Notes: generated by a model from the letters alone, not told the origin. A DNA stretch of 64,000 bases from a bacterium (GCA_963657075.1 CAVKLF010000001.1:40749-104748), one strand, 5' to 3'. Shown: positions 1 through 11,056, numbered from the stretch's first letter. Numbers and translations are program-made.

Positions 1-352
1 TACTAAGGGGGGACCTATACCAATGGGAGATGGTTCATATCTGAAAGATAACGCAGGCAATACTGTAATGACAGTGCTTAATGAGCAAATGTGCCGCGAA
101 CTAGCTCAGGCAGGAAAAGGACAGTACATTCACGTAGACAATACGAGCGATGCAGAGAGGGCACTCAACGATGAACTAACAAAACTTCAGAAGGGAGACA
201 TGACCAGCGTGGTGTACAGTGCTTACGATGAGCAGTTTCAGGCAGTAGGCATCCTGATTATCCTCTTGCTCGGTATTGAGGTATGTCTGCAAGAAGTCAA
301 GAATCCGTTGCTCCGCAATGTAAAGTTCTTCAAGAAAAGACTCTATAAGTAA
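1..352 (+). CDS. batB: BatB-like VWA domain protein, C-terminal part (5' truncated by window)
   Basis: ORF ends in a TM segment (EQFQAVGILIILLLGIE) typical of the BatB C-terminus; lies directly upstream of batC/batD. Confidence 0.75.
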   Translation, partial: TKGGPIPMGDGSYLKDNAGNTVMTVLNEQMCRELAQAGKGQYIHVDNTSDAERALNDELTKLQKGDMTSVVYSAYDEQFQAVGILIILLLGIEVCLQEVKNPLLRNVKFFKKRLYK

Positions 353-400
353 GGGGTGTTCTCTAGTAGGAGAATTTCCCTATATAATAGGTAAAGAAGT

Positions 401-1129
401 ATGAAATATTTGTATCATATATTGATGATAGCTATGTTACTGGTGTCAGGCTTGGTGGATGCTAAGGCTCAGAACGACCGCAGCTTAATTCGACAAGGTA
501 ACCGCATATTCAAAACTCAGAAGTGGGCGGAGGCAGAGACTCAGTATCGCAAGGCTATCTCCAAGAATGCGCAAAATCCTCAGGCTGTATATAATCTAGG
601 CTGTGCCCTGATGATGCAGCAGAAGGACTCCGCTGCACTCGTGCAATATGAGAGTGCAGCCAAGCTGGAAACCAATAAGTTGCGCCGTGCCAAGAGTTAC
701 CATAATATGGGTGTTATTTTGCAGAATCATCAAGACTATACCAAGGCTATCTCTAGCTACGAGATGGCTCTAAGATGCAATCCGCAGGACAATGAAACAC
801 GATATAACCTTGCCCTCTGTAAAAAGCTGCTGAAGAATAATAAGCAGAACCAAAAGCAAAACAACAATGATAAGAACAAGGACAAGAATAAAAACAAAGA
901 TCAAAACAAGGACAAGGATAAAAACAAAGATAAAAACAAAGATCAGCAAGATAAAGATAAGAAAGAGAATAAAGACAAAAATCAGAATCAGCAAAATCAA
1001 GACAAGATGAGTCGAGATAATGCCGAACAACTTCTTAACGCTGCTGTGCAGCAAGAGCAAGCCACCAAGCGGAAACTGCAGAAAGCGATGAGTCAACCTA
1101 GAAGAAAGGCTTACGAGAAGAATTGGTAA
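401..1129 (+). CDS. batC: BatC TPR-repeat protein
   Basis: Signal peptide, TPR motifs (AVYNLGCAL, SYHNMGV, RYNLAL), K/D/N/Q low-complexity tract, C-terminal EKNW. Confidence 0.85.
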   Translation: MKYLYHILMIAMLLVSGLVDAKAQNDRSLIRQGNRIFKTQKWAEAETQYRKAISKNAQNPQAVYNLGCALMMQQKDSAALVQYESAAKLETNKLRRAKSYHNMGVILQNHQDYTKAISSYEMALRCNPQDNETRYNLALCKKLLKNNKQNQKQNNNDKNKDKNKNKDQNKDKDKNKDKNKDQQDKDKKENKDKNQNQQNQDKMSRDNAEQLLNAAVQQEQATKRKLQKAMSQPRRKAYEKNW

Positions 1130-1188
1130 AGAATGGTGGATTCTGTTTAGTGTGTTTTAACTTATAGACTAAAGAACAAGAAATAGAA

Positions 1189-3801
1189 ATGTCAAGCAAT
1201 ATGAAAAAGGTTGGTTGGTATTTGATAATGGCGATATTCCTGTTGGGCTACCATGTAAATATGGTGGCGCAACAGATATCTGTATCTGCTCCTACACATG
1301 TGTCGGCGGGTGAAAACTTCCGAGTAGCATATACCATCAATGCTAGAGAGGTGGAAGAGTTTCGCATGGGTGGTGTGCCAGAGGCACTGGAGGTTATCGC
1401 AGGACCTTATACTTCTCAGCAGTCTAGTTATCAGATGATTAATGGACATACCTCTTCCTCGTCATCGGTCACGATTACCTACACTCTTTATGCCAGCAAG
1501 AATGGTGCCTTTACTATAGGGGCATCTCATGCAGTGGTGAGTGGCAAAAAGTTGGCTTCCCGACCTGTCAAGATTATGGTCTCAGGTCATGCAGCCCGCA
1601 ACAATAGCGCACCTGCTATGCATGGTCAGGATGATTACGACCAACCGAAAATGAGGGCGGCAGGCTCGGTCATAACCGGTAGCGACCTTTTCATTAAAGT
1701 GTCTGCCAACAAGAAGAAAGTACACGAGCAAGAGCCAATATTGCTGACGTATAAGGTGTATACACAGGTAGAACTCACACAGCTGGAAGGCAAGATGCCA
1801 GACCTCAAAGGATTTCATAATCAAGAAGTACAGCTTCCACAGCAGAAAACCTTCCATACAGAGATGGTGAATGGCCGCCCCTACAAGTGTGTCACCTGGA
1901 GTCAGTACGTGATGTATCCGCAAATGACTGGCAAGCTGGAAATACCATCAATTACGTTCAAGGGTATCGTTGTACAGCAGAATCGTAGCGTAGACCCAAT
2001 GGAGGCATTCTTCAATGGAGGGTCTGGATATGTTGAGGTGCATAAGGATATCAAGGCTCCTGGTATTACAATTCAGGTAGACCCATTGCCACAACGACCT
2101 GCTGACTTTTCTGGTGGAGTAGGTAAGTTCAATATTTCTGCTTGTCTGGATAAGAAGGAGGTAAAGGCGGGAGAGCCTGTTACATTGCGTGTCATCGTGG
2201 GAGGTGTGGGTAATCTCAAACTGCTCAAGCAACCAGTTGTGACATTCCCAAAGGATTTCGATAAGTATGATGCCAAGATATCAGACAAGACGCGCCTTAC
2301 CGCCAATGGTGTGGAGGGCAACATGATATATGATTTCCTCGCCGTACCTCGAAATCAGGGCGATTACACCATTCCTGCCGTAGAGTTTACCTATTATAAT
2401 ACAAGCACCAATAGTTATAAGACCATCAAGACTCATTCCTTTAGTCTTCATGTGGAACAGGGGGATGGTTCGTCTACAGGAAGCAAGGAAAACTTTGCAG
2501 CGCAAGACAAGGATATCCATGCCATTAAGGAAGGAAAATCCACACTTCATGATTTTGGCGACATGTTTTTTGGTAGCTTCGGTTATTGGATTAGTCTCAC
2601 AGTGCCATTCTTGGCATTCATAGCTCTGCTTGTCATCTTCCGTCGTCGCGCCATCGAAAATGCAGATATCGTGAAGAGGCGTAGCAACAAGGCAAACAAG
2701 ATAGCTACGAAACGACTTAACAAGGCAAAGCAACTAATGCTAAAAGGCATGCAAGGCGAATTCTATGACGAGGTGATGCGTGCCCTCTGGGGATATATGA
2801 GTTACAAACTCAATATGCCAGCGGAACAACTCAGTCGCGAGAATATCTGCGAGAAGTTGGCTGCCTATTATGTGGGCGATACCACCGTTGCTAAGTTTAC
2901 GTCTGCTCTTGATGAGTGTGAGTTTGAACGCTATGCTCCTGGTGACCCTGCTGGAAACATGAATCGTACATTCGAATCGGCAATGACTGCTATTATGGAA
3001 ATAGAAAACGCTATCAACGAGGCTCGTAAGGCACGTAAGAAGCATCATTCAGGATACTCCTTCCTGTTGCTCGTCGCCCTGTTAGTCGGCACAAACTCAC
3101 TTCCAAGCTCGGCAGTGACCAAGGCTAATGCTGACACTGAATACAAGAAGGGAAACTATCAGCAAGCTATCCGTGATTACGAGGAAATTTTGAAGACGGG
3201 TGTTTCTGCAGAGGTTTACTATAATCTCGGAAATGCTTATTACCGAACGGACAATATTACCAAGGCAGTGCTCAACTATGAGCGTGCCCATCTCCTCTCG
3301 CCAGGCGATAAAGACATCAACTTCAATCTACAGTTTGCTCGCAGCAAAACAATCGACAAGATTACTCCTGAGAGTGAAATGTTTTTCGTAACATGGTATA
3401 AAGCTCTGGTTAATTTTACAAGTGTGGATACATGGGCTAAGACAGGCATTATTGCCATCATTATGGTTTTGCTATTAGTGTTGCTCTATCTCTTCGGTCC
3501 TAATATCCTACTTCGTAAGACAGGGTTCTTTGGAGGTTTGGTCTTTTTGATGATATTTATCGTAAGCAATCTCTTTGCCTACCAGCAGAGACAGATACTC
3601 GTGAATCGTAGAGGAGCCATCATCATTGTCCCATCTGTCAATGTGAAGAAGACACCGGCCAAGAGTAGCGCAGATCTATTCCTGCTCCATGAAGGCACAC
3701 GTGTAGAAATCACCGACAATACCATGAGTGGATGGCGTGGCGTCAGGGTTGGCGATGGTAGAGAGGGATGGATAGAGATTAAGCAGATAGAGGAAATCTG
3801 A
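1189..3801 (+). CDS. batD: BatD-BatE fusion protein (BatD domains + TPR + SH3-like C-terminus)
   Basis: BatD-like N-terminal ~610 aa ending CEFERYAP, then in-frame BatE-like part (YYNLGNAYYR, LHEGTRVEI, GREGWI). Confidence 0.8.
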   Translation: MSSNMKKVGWYLIMAIFLLGYHVNMVAQQISVSAPTHVSAGENFRVAYTINAREVEEFRMGGVPEALEVIAGPYTSQQSSYQMINGHTSSSSSVTITYTLYASKNGAFTIGASHAVVSGKKLASRPVKIMVSGHAARNNSAPAMHGQDDYDQPKMRAAGSVITGSDLFIKVSANKKKVHEQEPILLTYKVYTQVELTQLEGKMPDLKGFHNQEVQLPQQKTFHTEMVNGRPYKCVTWSQYVMYPQMTGKLEIPSITFKGIVVQQNRSVDPMEAFFNGGSGYVEVHKDIKAPGITIQVDPLPQRPADFSGGVGKFNISACLDKKEVKAGEPVTLRVIVGGVGNLKLLKQPVVTFPKDFDKYDAKISDKTRLTANGVEGNMIYDFLAVPRNQGDYTIPAVEFTYYNTSTNSYKTIKTHSFSLHVEQGDGSSTGSKENFAAQDKDIHAIKEGKSTLHDFGDMFFGSFGYWISLTVPFLAFIALLVIFRRRAIENADIVKRRSNKANKIATKRLNKAKQLMLKGMQGEFYDEVMRALWGYMSYKLNMPAEQLSRENICEKLAAYYVGDTTVAKFTSALDECEFERYAPGDPAGNMNRTFESAMTAIMEIENAINEARKARKKHHSGYSFLLLVALLVGTNSLPSSAVTKANADTEYKKGNYQQAIRDYEEILKTGVSAEVYYNLGNAYYRTDNITKAVLNYERAHLLSPGDKDINFNLQFARSKTIDKITPESEMFFVTWYKALVNFTSVDTWAKTGIIAIIMVLLLVLLYLFGPNILLRKTGFFGGLVFLMIFIVSNLFAYQQRQILVNRRGAIIIVPSVNVKKTPAKSSADLFLLHEGTRVEITDNTMSGWRGVRVGDGREGWIEIKQIEEI

Positions 3802-3830
3802 TAATTGAACAAATATTTACGACATCAAAG

Positions 3831-4535
3831 ATGGATTTTAGTAGCATACAAGATATTGACCTGCGGGTATTGCATTTTTTCAATGGCAACAATAATGTGT
3901 TTCTCGACCAAATGATGCAATTGCTTACGTCCGGTTTTACTTGGATTCCCCTTTACATTGTACTCCTCGTTATTGTGATACGCAATAATGAGACGATGGG
4001 GCAGATAGTCCTTGTTATCGGGGCAGCTTTGCTTTGCGTGGCATTGGCAGATGGCTTGACAGATGGGCTTGTCAAGCCGTTGGCGGCACGCTTGCGTCCG
4101 CTCAACGACCCTTTTGTGAAGTATACAATCCATACTGTAGGGCATCCCTTGATGAAGGATTTTAGTTTCTGCTCAGCACACGCTGCCAATACGATGGCTA
4201 TAGCCATGTTTTTCGCACTGTTGGTACGTAGCAAGATGCTTATCTGGACACTTTTCGCATGGTCGATGGTCAATTGTTGGACTCGTCTTTATCTAGGTGT
4301 GCATTATCCCAGCGACATCGTGTGTGGTCTGCTTTTGGGCAGTATCGTCGGAGTGGTGATTTACATCTTGTATCACAAGATGTATTGTCGCATATCCCCT
4401 AAGATAAAATATATCTCCAATCAGTATACTAGTACAGGATATGACCATGATGACATCGATATCTTGATGTCTGTGGTGGTACTCATCTTGCTCTACGTGG
4501 TGATCAGAGGTACATTGATGACCTTTTATTGCTGA
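3831..4535 (+). CDS. PAP2-family membrane phosphatase
   Basis: KPLAARLRP, SFCSAHAAN and TRLYLGVHYPSD motifs; several TM segments. Confidence 0.85.
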   Translation: MDFSSIQDIDLRVLHFFNGNNNVFLDQMMQLLTSGFTWIPLYIVLLVIVIRNNETMGQIVLVIGAALLCVALADGLTDGLVKPLAARLRPLNDPFVKYTIHTVGHPLMKDFSFCSAHAANTMAIAMFFALLVRSKMLIWTLFAWSMVNCWTRLYLGVHYPSDIVCGLLLGSIVGVVIYILYHKMYCRISPKIKYISNQYTSTGYDHDDIDILMSVVVLILLYVVIRGTLMTFYC

Positions 4536-4592
4536 TGTTGCCAGATGCCAGCTACTTATGGAATGACAATATACAAAATAACAACAAGACAA

Positions 4593-5867
4593 ATGGATAC
4601 AAAACATATTAAAATAAGTGATTATAATTACGCTTTGCCTGATGAGCGTATAGCTAAGTTTCCTATAGCTCAGCGTGACCATAGTAAGCTCTTGGTATAC
4701 AAGCATGGCGAGGTGAACGATGATGTGTTCTATCATCTCCCAGACTATTTGCCTCATGGCGCCCTCATGATATTCAACAATACAAAGGTAATTCAGGCAC
4801 GTTTGCATTTTCTTAAGGAGACGGGTGCCCTAATCGAAGTATTCTTGATGGAGCCTGCCGCACCTACCGACTATGAACTGATGTTTCAGACTGCAGGGCA
4901 TTGTGCTTGGCTCTGCATGATAGGAAATCTCAAGAAGTGGAAAGAAGGTTGTTTGAAGCGTGACTTTGAAATCAAAGGTCATAAACTTACACTTTCTGCC
5001 ACGATGCGAAGAGGAGATTCTCTCTCTGAAGAGGCACAGAATATGGTGATGAAAGGGGGCGGTACCAATTACTGGGTAGATTTCGACTGGGACAATGAGC
5101 AGGTTTCTTTTGCCGAAATCTTGGAGGTTGTGGGTGAATTGCCTATTCCGCCATATCTGAACCGTAAGACAGAAGAAAGTGACAAGACTACTTACCAGAC
5201 AGTTTATTCCAAGGTTAAGGGAAGTGTGGCTGCTCCTACCGCAGGGCTTCATTTCACCGATGCTGTGCTTGCTGATCTGGCTGCTCATGGCATTGATTGT
5301 GAGGAGGTAACGCTCCATGTAGGTGCTGGAACTTTCAAACCCGTGAAGAGTCTAGAAATCGAGGGGCACCAGATGCATACGGAGTATATCGTGGTGCATC
5401 GCCGCAGCCTCGAAAAACTCATAGAGCATGAGTGTAAGGTTGTAGCTGTGGGTACTACTAGCGTACGTACCATTGAGAGTCTATACTATATGGGCGTATA
5501 TCTTATCCAACACCCAGATGCCAATGAGGATGACTTGCATGTAAACCAATGGGATCCTTACGAGTTGGCAGCAGATGGAGAACTCGTTGATGGTATCACG
5601 CCTATGCAGGCGATACAAGCAGTTATCGATTATCTCGATCAAAATGGATTGGAGGCACTTCATAGCAGCACTCAGATTATCATCGCCCCTGGCTATTCCT
5701 ATAAGATAGTGAAGATGCTGGTAACTAACTTTCATCAGCCGCAGAGCACCTTGCTCTTGCTTGTGAGCGCATTTTTACATGGCGATTGGAAGAAGGTGTA
5801 CAAATACGCTTTGGCTCACGATTTCCGTTTTCTGAGCTATGGTGACTCTTCGTTGCTGATTCCATAA
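4593..5867 (+). CDS. queA: S-adenosylmethionine:tRNA ribosyltransferase-isomerase
   Basis: GELPIPPYL, YQTVYS, GSVAAPTAGLHF, LHVGAGTFKPV, TNFHQPQSTLL, FLSYGD motifs; start chosen at MDTKHIK (ORF track starts 4545). Confidence 0.93.
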   Translation: MDTKHIKISDYNYALPDERIAKFPIAQRDHSKLLVYKHGEVNDDVFYHLPDYLPHGALMIFNNTKVIQARLHFLKETGALIEVFLMEPAAPTDYELMFQTAGHCAWLCMIGNLKKWKEGCLKRDFEIKGHKLTLSATMRRGDSLSEEAQNMVMKGGGTNYWVDFDWDNEQVSFAEILEVVGELPIPPYLNRKTEESDKTTYQTVYSKVKGSVAAPTAGLHFTDAVLADLAAHGIDCEEVTLHVGAGTFKPVKSLEIEGHQMHTEYIVVHRRSLEKLIEHECKVVAVGTTSVRTIESLYYMGVYLIQHPDANEDDLHVNQWDPYELAADGELVDGITPMQAIQAVIDYLDQNGLEALHSSTQIIIAPGYSYKIVKMLVTNFHQPQSTLLLLVSAFLHGDWKKVYKYALAHDFRFLSYGDSSLLIP

Positions 5868-5954
5868 GCTTTGGCTATGACTGATGATAGGAAAGATTAG
5901 AAAGTAAAATATTTTGAGAGTCGCAATTATAATATTCACATAATACTAAGATAA

Positions 5955-7892
5955 ATGATTTCAGTAGAAGGACTGAAAGTAGAGTTTGGCGTGAAGCCAC
6001 TGTTTCACGACGTGAGTTTCGTCATCAATGACCGTGACCGCATCGCTCTAGTGGGCAAGAATGGAGCTGGTAAGTCTACCATGCTCAAGATACTCTGCGG
6101 TATGCAGAAGCCTACCGATGGTGTAGTGGCCATTCCTAATGACACAACTATCGGCTACTTGCCGCAGGTAATGAAACTGCAAGATGATACTACCGTGAAG
6201 GAGGAGACTCGCAAGGCTTTTGCTCATAATACCGAGATGAAAGCTCGGTTGGATAAAATGCAGCAAGAGATGGCAGACCGTACCGACTATGAGAGTGTTG
6301 GGTATGCTCAGCTTGTGGATAAGTTTACACAGGAACATGAGCGCTATATGATGATGGGGGGAGAAAATTATGAAGCTGAAATAGAACGTACGCTCACAGG
6401 TCTAGGCTTTACACGTCTCGACTTTGAACGTCCTACCAAGGAGTTCTCGGGTGGATGGCGCATGCGTATCGAGTTGGCCAAGATTCTGTTGCAGAAGCCT
6501 GACGTGTTGCTTCTCGATGAGCCAACCAACCATCTCGATATAGAGAGTATCCAATGGTTGGAGCAGTTTCTGGCGCAGAGTGCTAAGGCTGTGGTCTTGG
6601 TGAGCCACGACCGTGCCTTTATCAATAATGTAACCAATCGTACGCTCGAGATTACCTGCGGCAAGATAGAAGACTATAAGGTGAAGTATGATGAGTACGT
6701 ATTGCTCCGCACAGAACGACGTGAACAGCAACTCCGTGCTTACGAGAACCAACAAAAGGAGATAGCAGACATCAAGGATTTTATCGAGCGATTCCGCTAT
6801 AAGCCTACTAAGGCAGTGCAGGTGCAGAGCCGCATCAAGCAACTGGAGAAAATTGTGCCTATCGAGGTAGATGAGGTCGACAATAAACAGATGCACCTTA
6901 AGTTCCCTCCATGTCTTCGCAGTGGTGATTATCCTATCATCTGCGACGAGGTGCGTAAAGTCTATGGTGAGCATATGGTTTTCGACCATGTAACTTTTAC
7001 TATCAAGCGTGGTGAGAAAGTTGCTTTCGTGGGTAAAAATGGCGAGGGAAAATCTACGCTTGTAAAGTGTATTATGGGCGAAATTCCATTTGCTGGTACT
7101 CTCAAGATAGGGCACAATGTACAGATAGGCTATTTTGCGCAAAACCAAGCACAGCTTCTCGACGAGAATCTCACCATCTTCCAGACTATAGACAATGTGG
7201 CAACAGGTGAGATGCGTCTCAAGGTAAATGACCTCTTGGGTGCCTTCATGTTTGGAGGCGAAACATCAGAGAAGTATGTCAAGGTGTTGAGTGGTGGAGA
7301 ACGTAGCCGTCTGGCGATGATCAAGCTCCTACTGGAACCAGTGAATCTGCTGATACTCGATGAGCCAACCAACCATCTCGATATGCAGTCGAAGGATGTA
7401 CTTAAGGAGGCAATTAAAGCTTTTGATGGCACAGCCATCATCGTGAGCCATGACCGTGAGTTTCTCGATGGCTTAGTAGAAAAGGTGTATGAGTTTGGCG
7501 GCGGCAAGGTACGTGAGCACTTGGGAGGCATCTATGATTATCTGCGTGCGCACAATGCAGAGAATATCACGCAAGCTCTTGTCTACCAGCAGATAATAGC
7601 TTCTGCTACACCTTTACAACCTTCGGAAGTTAATACTGCAAAGCAGAGCTACGCTGAGCATAAAGAGCAGCAAAAGAAAATTCGCAAGGCAGAGAAGGCT
7701 GTGAAAGACTGTGAGGATAAGATTGCTAAGATGGAGGCTCGTAAGAAGGAGATAGATATCCTCTTAATGAAACCAGAGAATGCTACTAACATGGAACTCG
7801 TTACAGAATATACCGAGCTGATGAAGGGGCTCGATGAGGAGAACGAGAAGTGGATGGTGCTCTCGGAAGAGCTGGAAAAAGTAAGTAAGTGA
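5955..7892 (+). CDS. ABC-F family ATP-binding protein
   Basis: Two ABC cassettes (GKNGAGKST, FSGGW, LDEPTNHLD twice), no TM domain, C-terminal coiled coil. Confidence 0.92.
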   Translation: MISVEGLKVEFGVKPLFHDVSFVINDRDRIALVGKNGAGKSTMLKILCGMQKPTDGVVAIPNDTTIGYLPQVMKLQDDTTVKEETRKAFAHNTEMKARLDKMQQEMADRTDYESVGYAQLVDKFTQEHERYMMMGGENYEAEIERTLTGLGFTRLDFERPTKEFSGGWRMRIELAKILLQKPDVLLLDEPTNHLDIESIQWLEQFLAQSAKAVVLVSHDRAFINNVTNRTLEITCGKIEDYKVKYDEYVLLRTERREQQLRAYENQQKEIADIKDFIERFRYKPTKAVQVQSRIKQLEKIVPIEVDEVDNKQMHLKFPPCLRSGDYPIICDEVRKVYGEHMVFDHVTFTIKRGEKVAFVGKNGEGKSTLVKCIMGEIPFAGTLKIGHNVQIGYFAQNQAQLLDENLTIFQTIDNVATGEMRLKVNDLLGAFMFGGETSEKYVKVLSGGERSRLAMIKLLLEPVNLLILDEPTNHLDMQSKDVLKEAIKAFDGTAIIVSHDREFLDGLVEKVYEFGGGKVREHLGGIYDYLRAHNAENITQALVYQQIIASATPLQPSEVNTAKQSYAEHKEQQKKIRKAEKAVKDCEDKIAKMEARKKEIDILLMKPENATNMELVTEYTELMKGLDEENEKWMVLSEELEKVSK

Positions 7893-7922
7893 ATTTTTAA
7901 CGTTAAAATAATCAAGTAAGGT

Positions 7923-9959
7923 ATGAACATGAAATCTATTCTTCCGATGATGATGATTGCAGCGTTGCCTCTGGCAGCTGATGCTCAGAGTAAGTCGGGA
8001 CTTGTCATGAGTAATCTTGACAAGACAGCGAATCCTGCTGACAACTTTTATCAGTTTGCCACAGGTGGTTGGCAGAAAAACAATCCTCTTCCTGCTGCAT
8101 ACAGCCGCTATGGAAGCTTCGACAAGTTGGCAGAGGACAACAACAAACGTATCAATTCTATTCTGAGTGAACTCCAAAAGAGGAATTACAAGAAGGGAAC
8201 CATCGAACAGAAGTTGTCAGACTTCTATAAGTTGGCTCTTGATGTGGAGCGTCGCAACCGGGAGGGTGTCGCTCCAGTGAAACCACTCCTCGATGAGATC
8301 GCTGCTGCCCAAAACAAGGAAGAATTACAGAAAATCCAGGTGAAGTATGCGGATACCTATAGTCTCGGCTTGGGATACGGCACTGGTTTTGGAGCTGACG
8401 AAAAGAACGTTACGATGAACATCTACAATGTAGGGCAGGGTGGTTTGACCCTTGGGGCTAAGGACTACTATGTAAATAATGATGCTGCTACGGTGGCCAT
8501 TCGTGAGGCTTTCAAGACTTACATTGGGCAGATGTTCCAACTTTATGGATACTCTGAGGTAGAGGCGACAAAGAAAGCGCATGCTATCTTCCTGCACGAG
8601 ACCAGTCTGGCTACAATCTCAAAGAGTCGTACCGAACTGCGCGACCCACAGGCCAACTACAACAAGATGACCCTTGCACAGTTCAAGGAGAATTATCCTA
8701 ATATCCCTATAGAGGAATTGGCCAAAGCCGAGGGTATCAAGAGCGAGTATATCCAGGAGATGATAGTAGGTCAGCCAGCCTACTTGGCAAACTATGACAA
8801 GATAACTGCTGCAGAGGACGCTGAAACCTTGAAGGCATTGATGGAGTGGAGTGTCATCCGTAGCTCAAGCTCTTATTTGACAGATGAGATTCGTGAGGCA
8901 AACTTCAATTTCTTTGGCAAGACCATGAGTGGTCGTAAGGAGGATTATCCTCTCTGGAAACGAGCCACCAATCAGGTGGAAGCCCAGATGGGTGAGGCTC
9001 TCGGGCGTATCTATTGTAAGAAGTTTTTCCCAGAGTCTTCAAAGAAGATGATGGAGACTCTTGTGGAGAATCTTCAGAGTAGTCTTGGCGAGCGCATTGA
9101 TGCACAGACATGGATGAGTGACACGACCAAGGCTGCAGCCCATGAGAAACTCAATAAGTTCTATGTCAAGATAGGTTATCCTAACAAGTGGACAGATTTT
9201 AGTAATCTTGACATTGACCCAACCAAGAGTTTCTATGAGAATGTGTTGGCTTGTCGCAAGTTTGCAAACGAGAAGGAAATTGCAGAGAAGGCAGGTAAGC
9301 CTGTGGATAAGGAGGAGTGGTTTATGACACCTCAGACAGTGAACGCTTACTATAATCCAACTACCAACGAGATTTGCTTCCCAGCAGGTATCTTGCAGTA
9401 CCCTTTCTTCGACCCTAAGGCTGATGAGGCATTCAACTATGGTGCCATTGGTGTTGTCATCGGTCATGAGATGACTCACGGATTCGATGACCAAGGTCGT
9501 CAGTATGATGCATCGGGTAACTTGAAGGATTGGTGGACAGCCAACGATACCAAGGGCTTCGAGAAACGTGCTGACCTCTATGCCAATTTCTTTAGTAACA
9601 TCAAGGTGTTGCCAGATCTTAATGCCAATGGACGTTTTACCCTCGGTGAGAATCTTGCAGATCATGGTGGTTTGATGGTATCATTCAATGCATTCAAGAA
9701 TGCCACTGCCAAGAAACCTTTGAAGAGTAAAGATGGTTTTACTGCAGAACAACGCTTCTTCCTCGCCTATGCTGGTGTATGGGGACAGAATATCACAGAT
9801 AAGGAAATTCGCAATCGTGTGAAGAACGACCCACATGCCCTAGGTAAGTGGCGTGTAGATGGGGCTCTCCCACACATTGACGCTTGGTATGAGGCGTTCG
9901 GTGTAAAGCAGGGAGACAAGATGTTTATTCCTAAGGGCGAACGTCTTGAGCTTTGGTAA
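7923..9959 (+). CDS. pepO: M13 family metalloendopeptidase (PepO/neprilysin-like)
   Basis: VNAYY, GHEMTHGFDD zinc motif, GENLAD; signal peptide. Confidence 0.9.
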   Translation: MNMKSILPMMMIAALPLAADAQSKSGLVMSNLDKTANPADNFYQFATGGWQKNNPLPAAYSRYGSFDKLAEDNNKRINSILSELQKRNYKKGTIEQKLSDFYKLALDVERRNREGVAPVKPLLDEIAAAQNKEELQKIQVKYADTYSLGLGYGTGFGADEKNVTMNIYNVGQGGLTLGAKDYYVNNDAATVAIREAFKTYIGQMFQLYGYSEVEATKKAHAIFLHETSLATISKSRTELRDPQANYNKMTLAQFKENYPNIPIEELAKAEGIKSEYIQEMIVGQPAYLANYDKITAAEDAETLKALMEWSVIRSSSSYLTDEIREANFNFFGKTMSGRKEDYPLWKRATNQVEAQMGEALGRIYCKKFFPESSKKMMETLVENLQSSLGERIDAQTWMSDTTKAAAHEKLNKFYVKIGYPNKWTDFSNLDIDPTKSFYENVLACRKFANEKEIAEKAGKPVDKEEWFMTPQTVNAYYNPTTNEICFPAGILQYPFFDPKADEAFNYGAIGVVIGHEMTHGFDDQGRQYDASGNLKDWWTANDTKGFEKRADLYANFFSNIKVLPDLNANGRFTLGENLADHGGLMVSFNAFKNATAKKPLKSKDGFTAEQRFFLAYAGVWGQNITDKEIRNRVKNDPHALGKWRVDGALPHIDAWYEAFGVKQGDKMFIPKGERLELW

Positions 9960-10018
9960 AAAGTTAATAGACCTTAATGTATGGCGGTGGTTTACCTTCG
10001 ACTTAAGGGATTTTTGTG

Positions 10019-10055
10019 AGGGTGGTGCTAAAAAAGATTAGCATCACCCTTTTTT
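10019..10055 (+). terminator. Intrinsic terminator after M13 peptidase
   Basis: AGGGTGGTGCTAA / TTAGCATCACCCT stem followed by a T run. Confidence 0.8.
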
Positions 10056-10090
10056 GTTCTCATTCTTTCTTTAAAGTCGCTGAATTTGTG

Positions 10091-10098
10091 TAACTTTG
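10091..10098 (+). promoter_or_regulatory. Bacteroidetes sigmaA -7 box for metA
   Basis: TAACTTTG matches TAnnTTTG, 28 bp upstream of the metA ATG. Confidence 0.6.
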
Positions 10099-10126
10099 CA
10101 GTCAAATTAAAGAAAGGAAATTATAA

Positions 10127-11044
10127 ATGCCGTTAAGATTACCCGATAAACTTCCAGCCATCGAGCTGCTGAAACATGAAAATATTTTTGTGATGGACGA
10201 GACTAGGGCGCATAGCCAAGAGATTCGTCCTCTGAAAATTTGTATCCTCAACTTAATGCCTCTGAAGATTACAACGGAGACCGACTTGGTGCGCTTGTTG
10301 TCAAATACTCCATTGCAGTTGGAGGTATATTTCATGAAACTGAAGAGCCATACTCCCAAGAATACGCCGATAGAACACATGATGATGTTCTATAAGGATT
10401 TCTCTGAACTTTCCAGGCAAAAGTTTGATGGAATGATAGTAACAGGAGCGCCCATCGAGACCATGGACTATGAAGACGTGGAATATTGGCCTGAAATCAT
10501 GGAGATATTTGACTGGGCTCGTACGCACGTTACTTCTACACTATATATCTGTTGGGGAGCGCAAGCGGGGCTTTACCACTTCTATGGTATTCCAAAGTAT
10601 CAGTTGGACAAGAAAATGTTTGGTATTTTCCACCAAAAACCACTCGATCCTTCATTGCCTATCTTCCGTGGTTTTGATAATATCTTCAATATGCCTCACA
10701 GCCGTCATACGGAAGTACGTCGTGAGGATATCGAGAAAGTTCCTGAACTTGATATCATTGCCGAGTCGCCAGAGAGCGGAGTCAGCATAGTGATGGCGAG
10801 GGGAGGGCGTGAGTTTTTTGTTACGGGTCATTTGGAGTATGCTCCTAACACCCTCGATAAGGAATACAAGCGTGATATGGGCAAGCGTGATGATGTGGAT
10901 TTGCCAAAGAACTACTATTTCAATAACAATCCTGCGGAGGAACCGATGGTGTCATGGCGTGCACATGCCAACCTCTTTTACAACAACTGGATCAACTATT
11001 ACGTTTACCAGGAAACTCCTTATAATATAGACGATATCAAGTAA
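10127..11044 (+). CDS. metA: Homoserine O-acyltransferase MetA (probably acetyl-specific)
   Basis: ILNLMP, YICWGAQA, PHSRHT, GHLEY motifs; Glu in GAPIE suggests acetyl-CoA specificity. Confidence 0.93.
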   Translation: MPLRLPDKLPAIELLKHENIFVMDETRAHSQEIRPLKICILNLMPLKITTETDLVRLLSNTPLQLEVYFMKLKSHTPKNTPIEHMMMFYKDFSELSRQKFDGMIVTGAPIETMDYEDVEYWPEIMEIFDWARTHVTSTLYICWGAQAGLYHFYGIPKYQLDKKMFGIFHQKPLDPSLPIFRGFDNIFNMPHSRHTEVRREDIEKVPELDIIAESPESGVSIVMARGGREFFVTGHLEYAPNTLDKEYKRDMGKRDDVDLPKNYYFNNNPAEEPMVSWRAHANLFYNNWINYYVYQETPYNIDDIK

Positions 11045-11056
11045 TCCGGACTGTAA

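Noticed and set aside
836..1005. AAAGAT/AACAAG-like repeats and the hydrophobic antisense ORF 770-1096
   Set aside because: Low-complexity K/D/N/Q linker of BatC; the antisense ORF is a by-product
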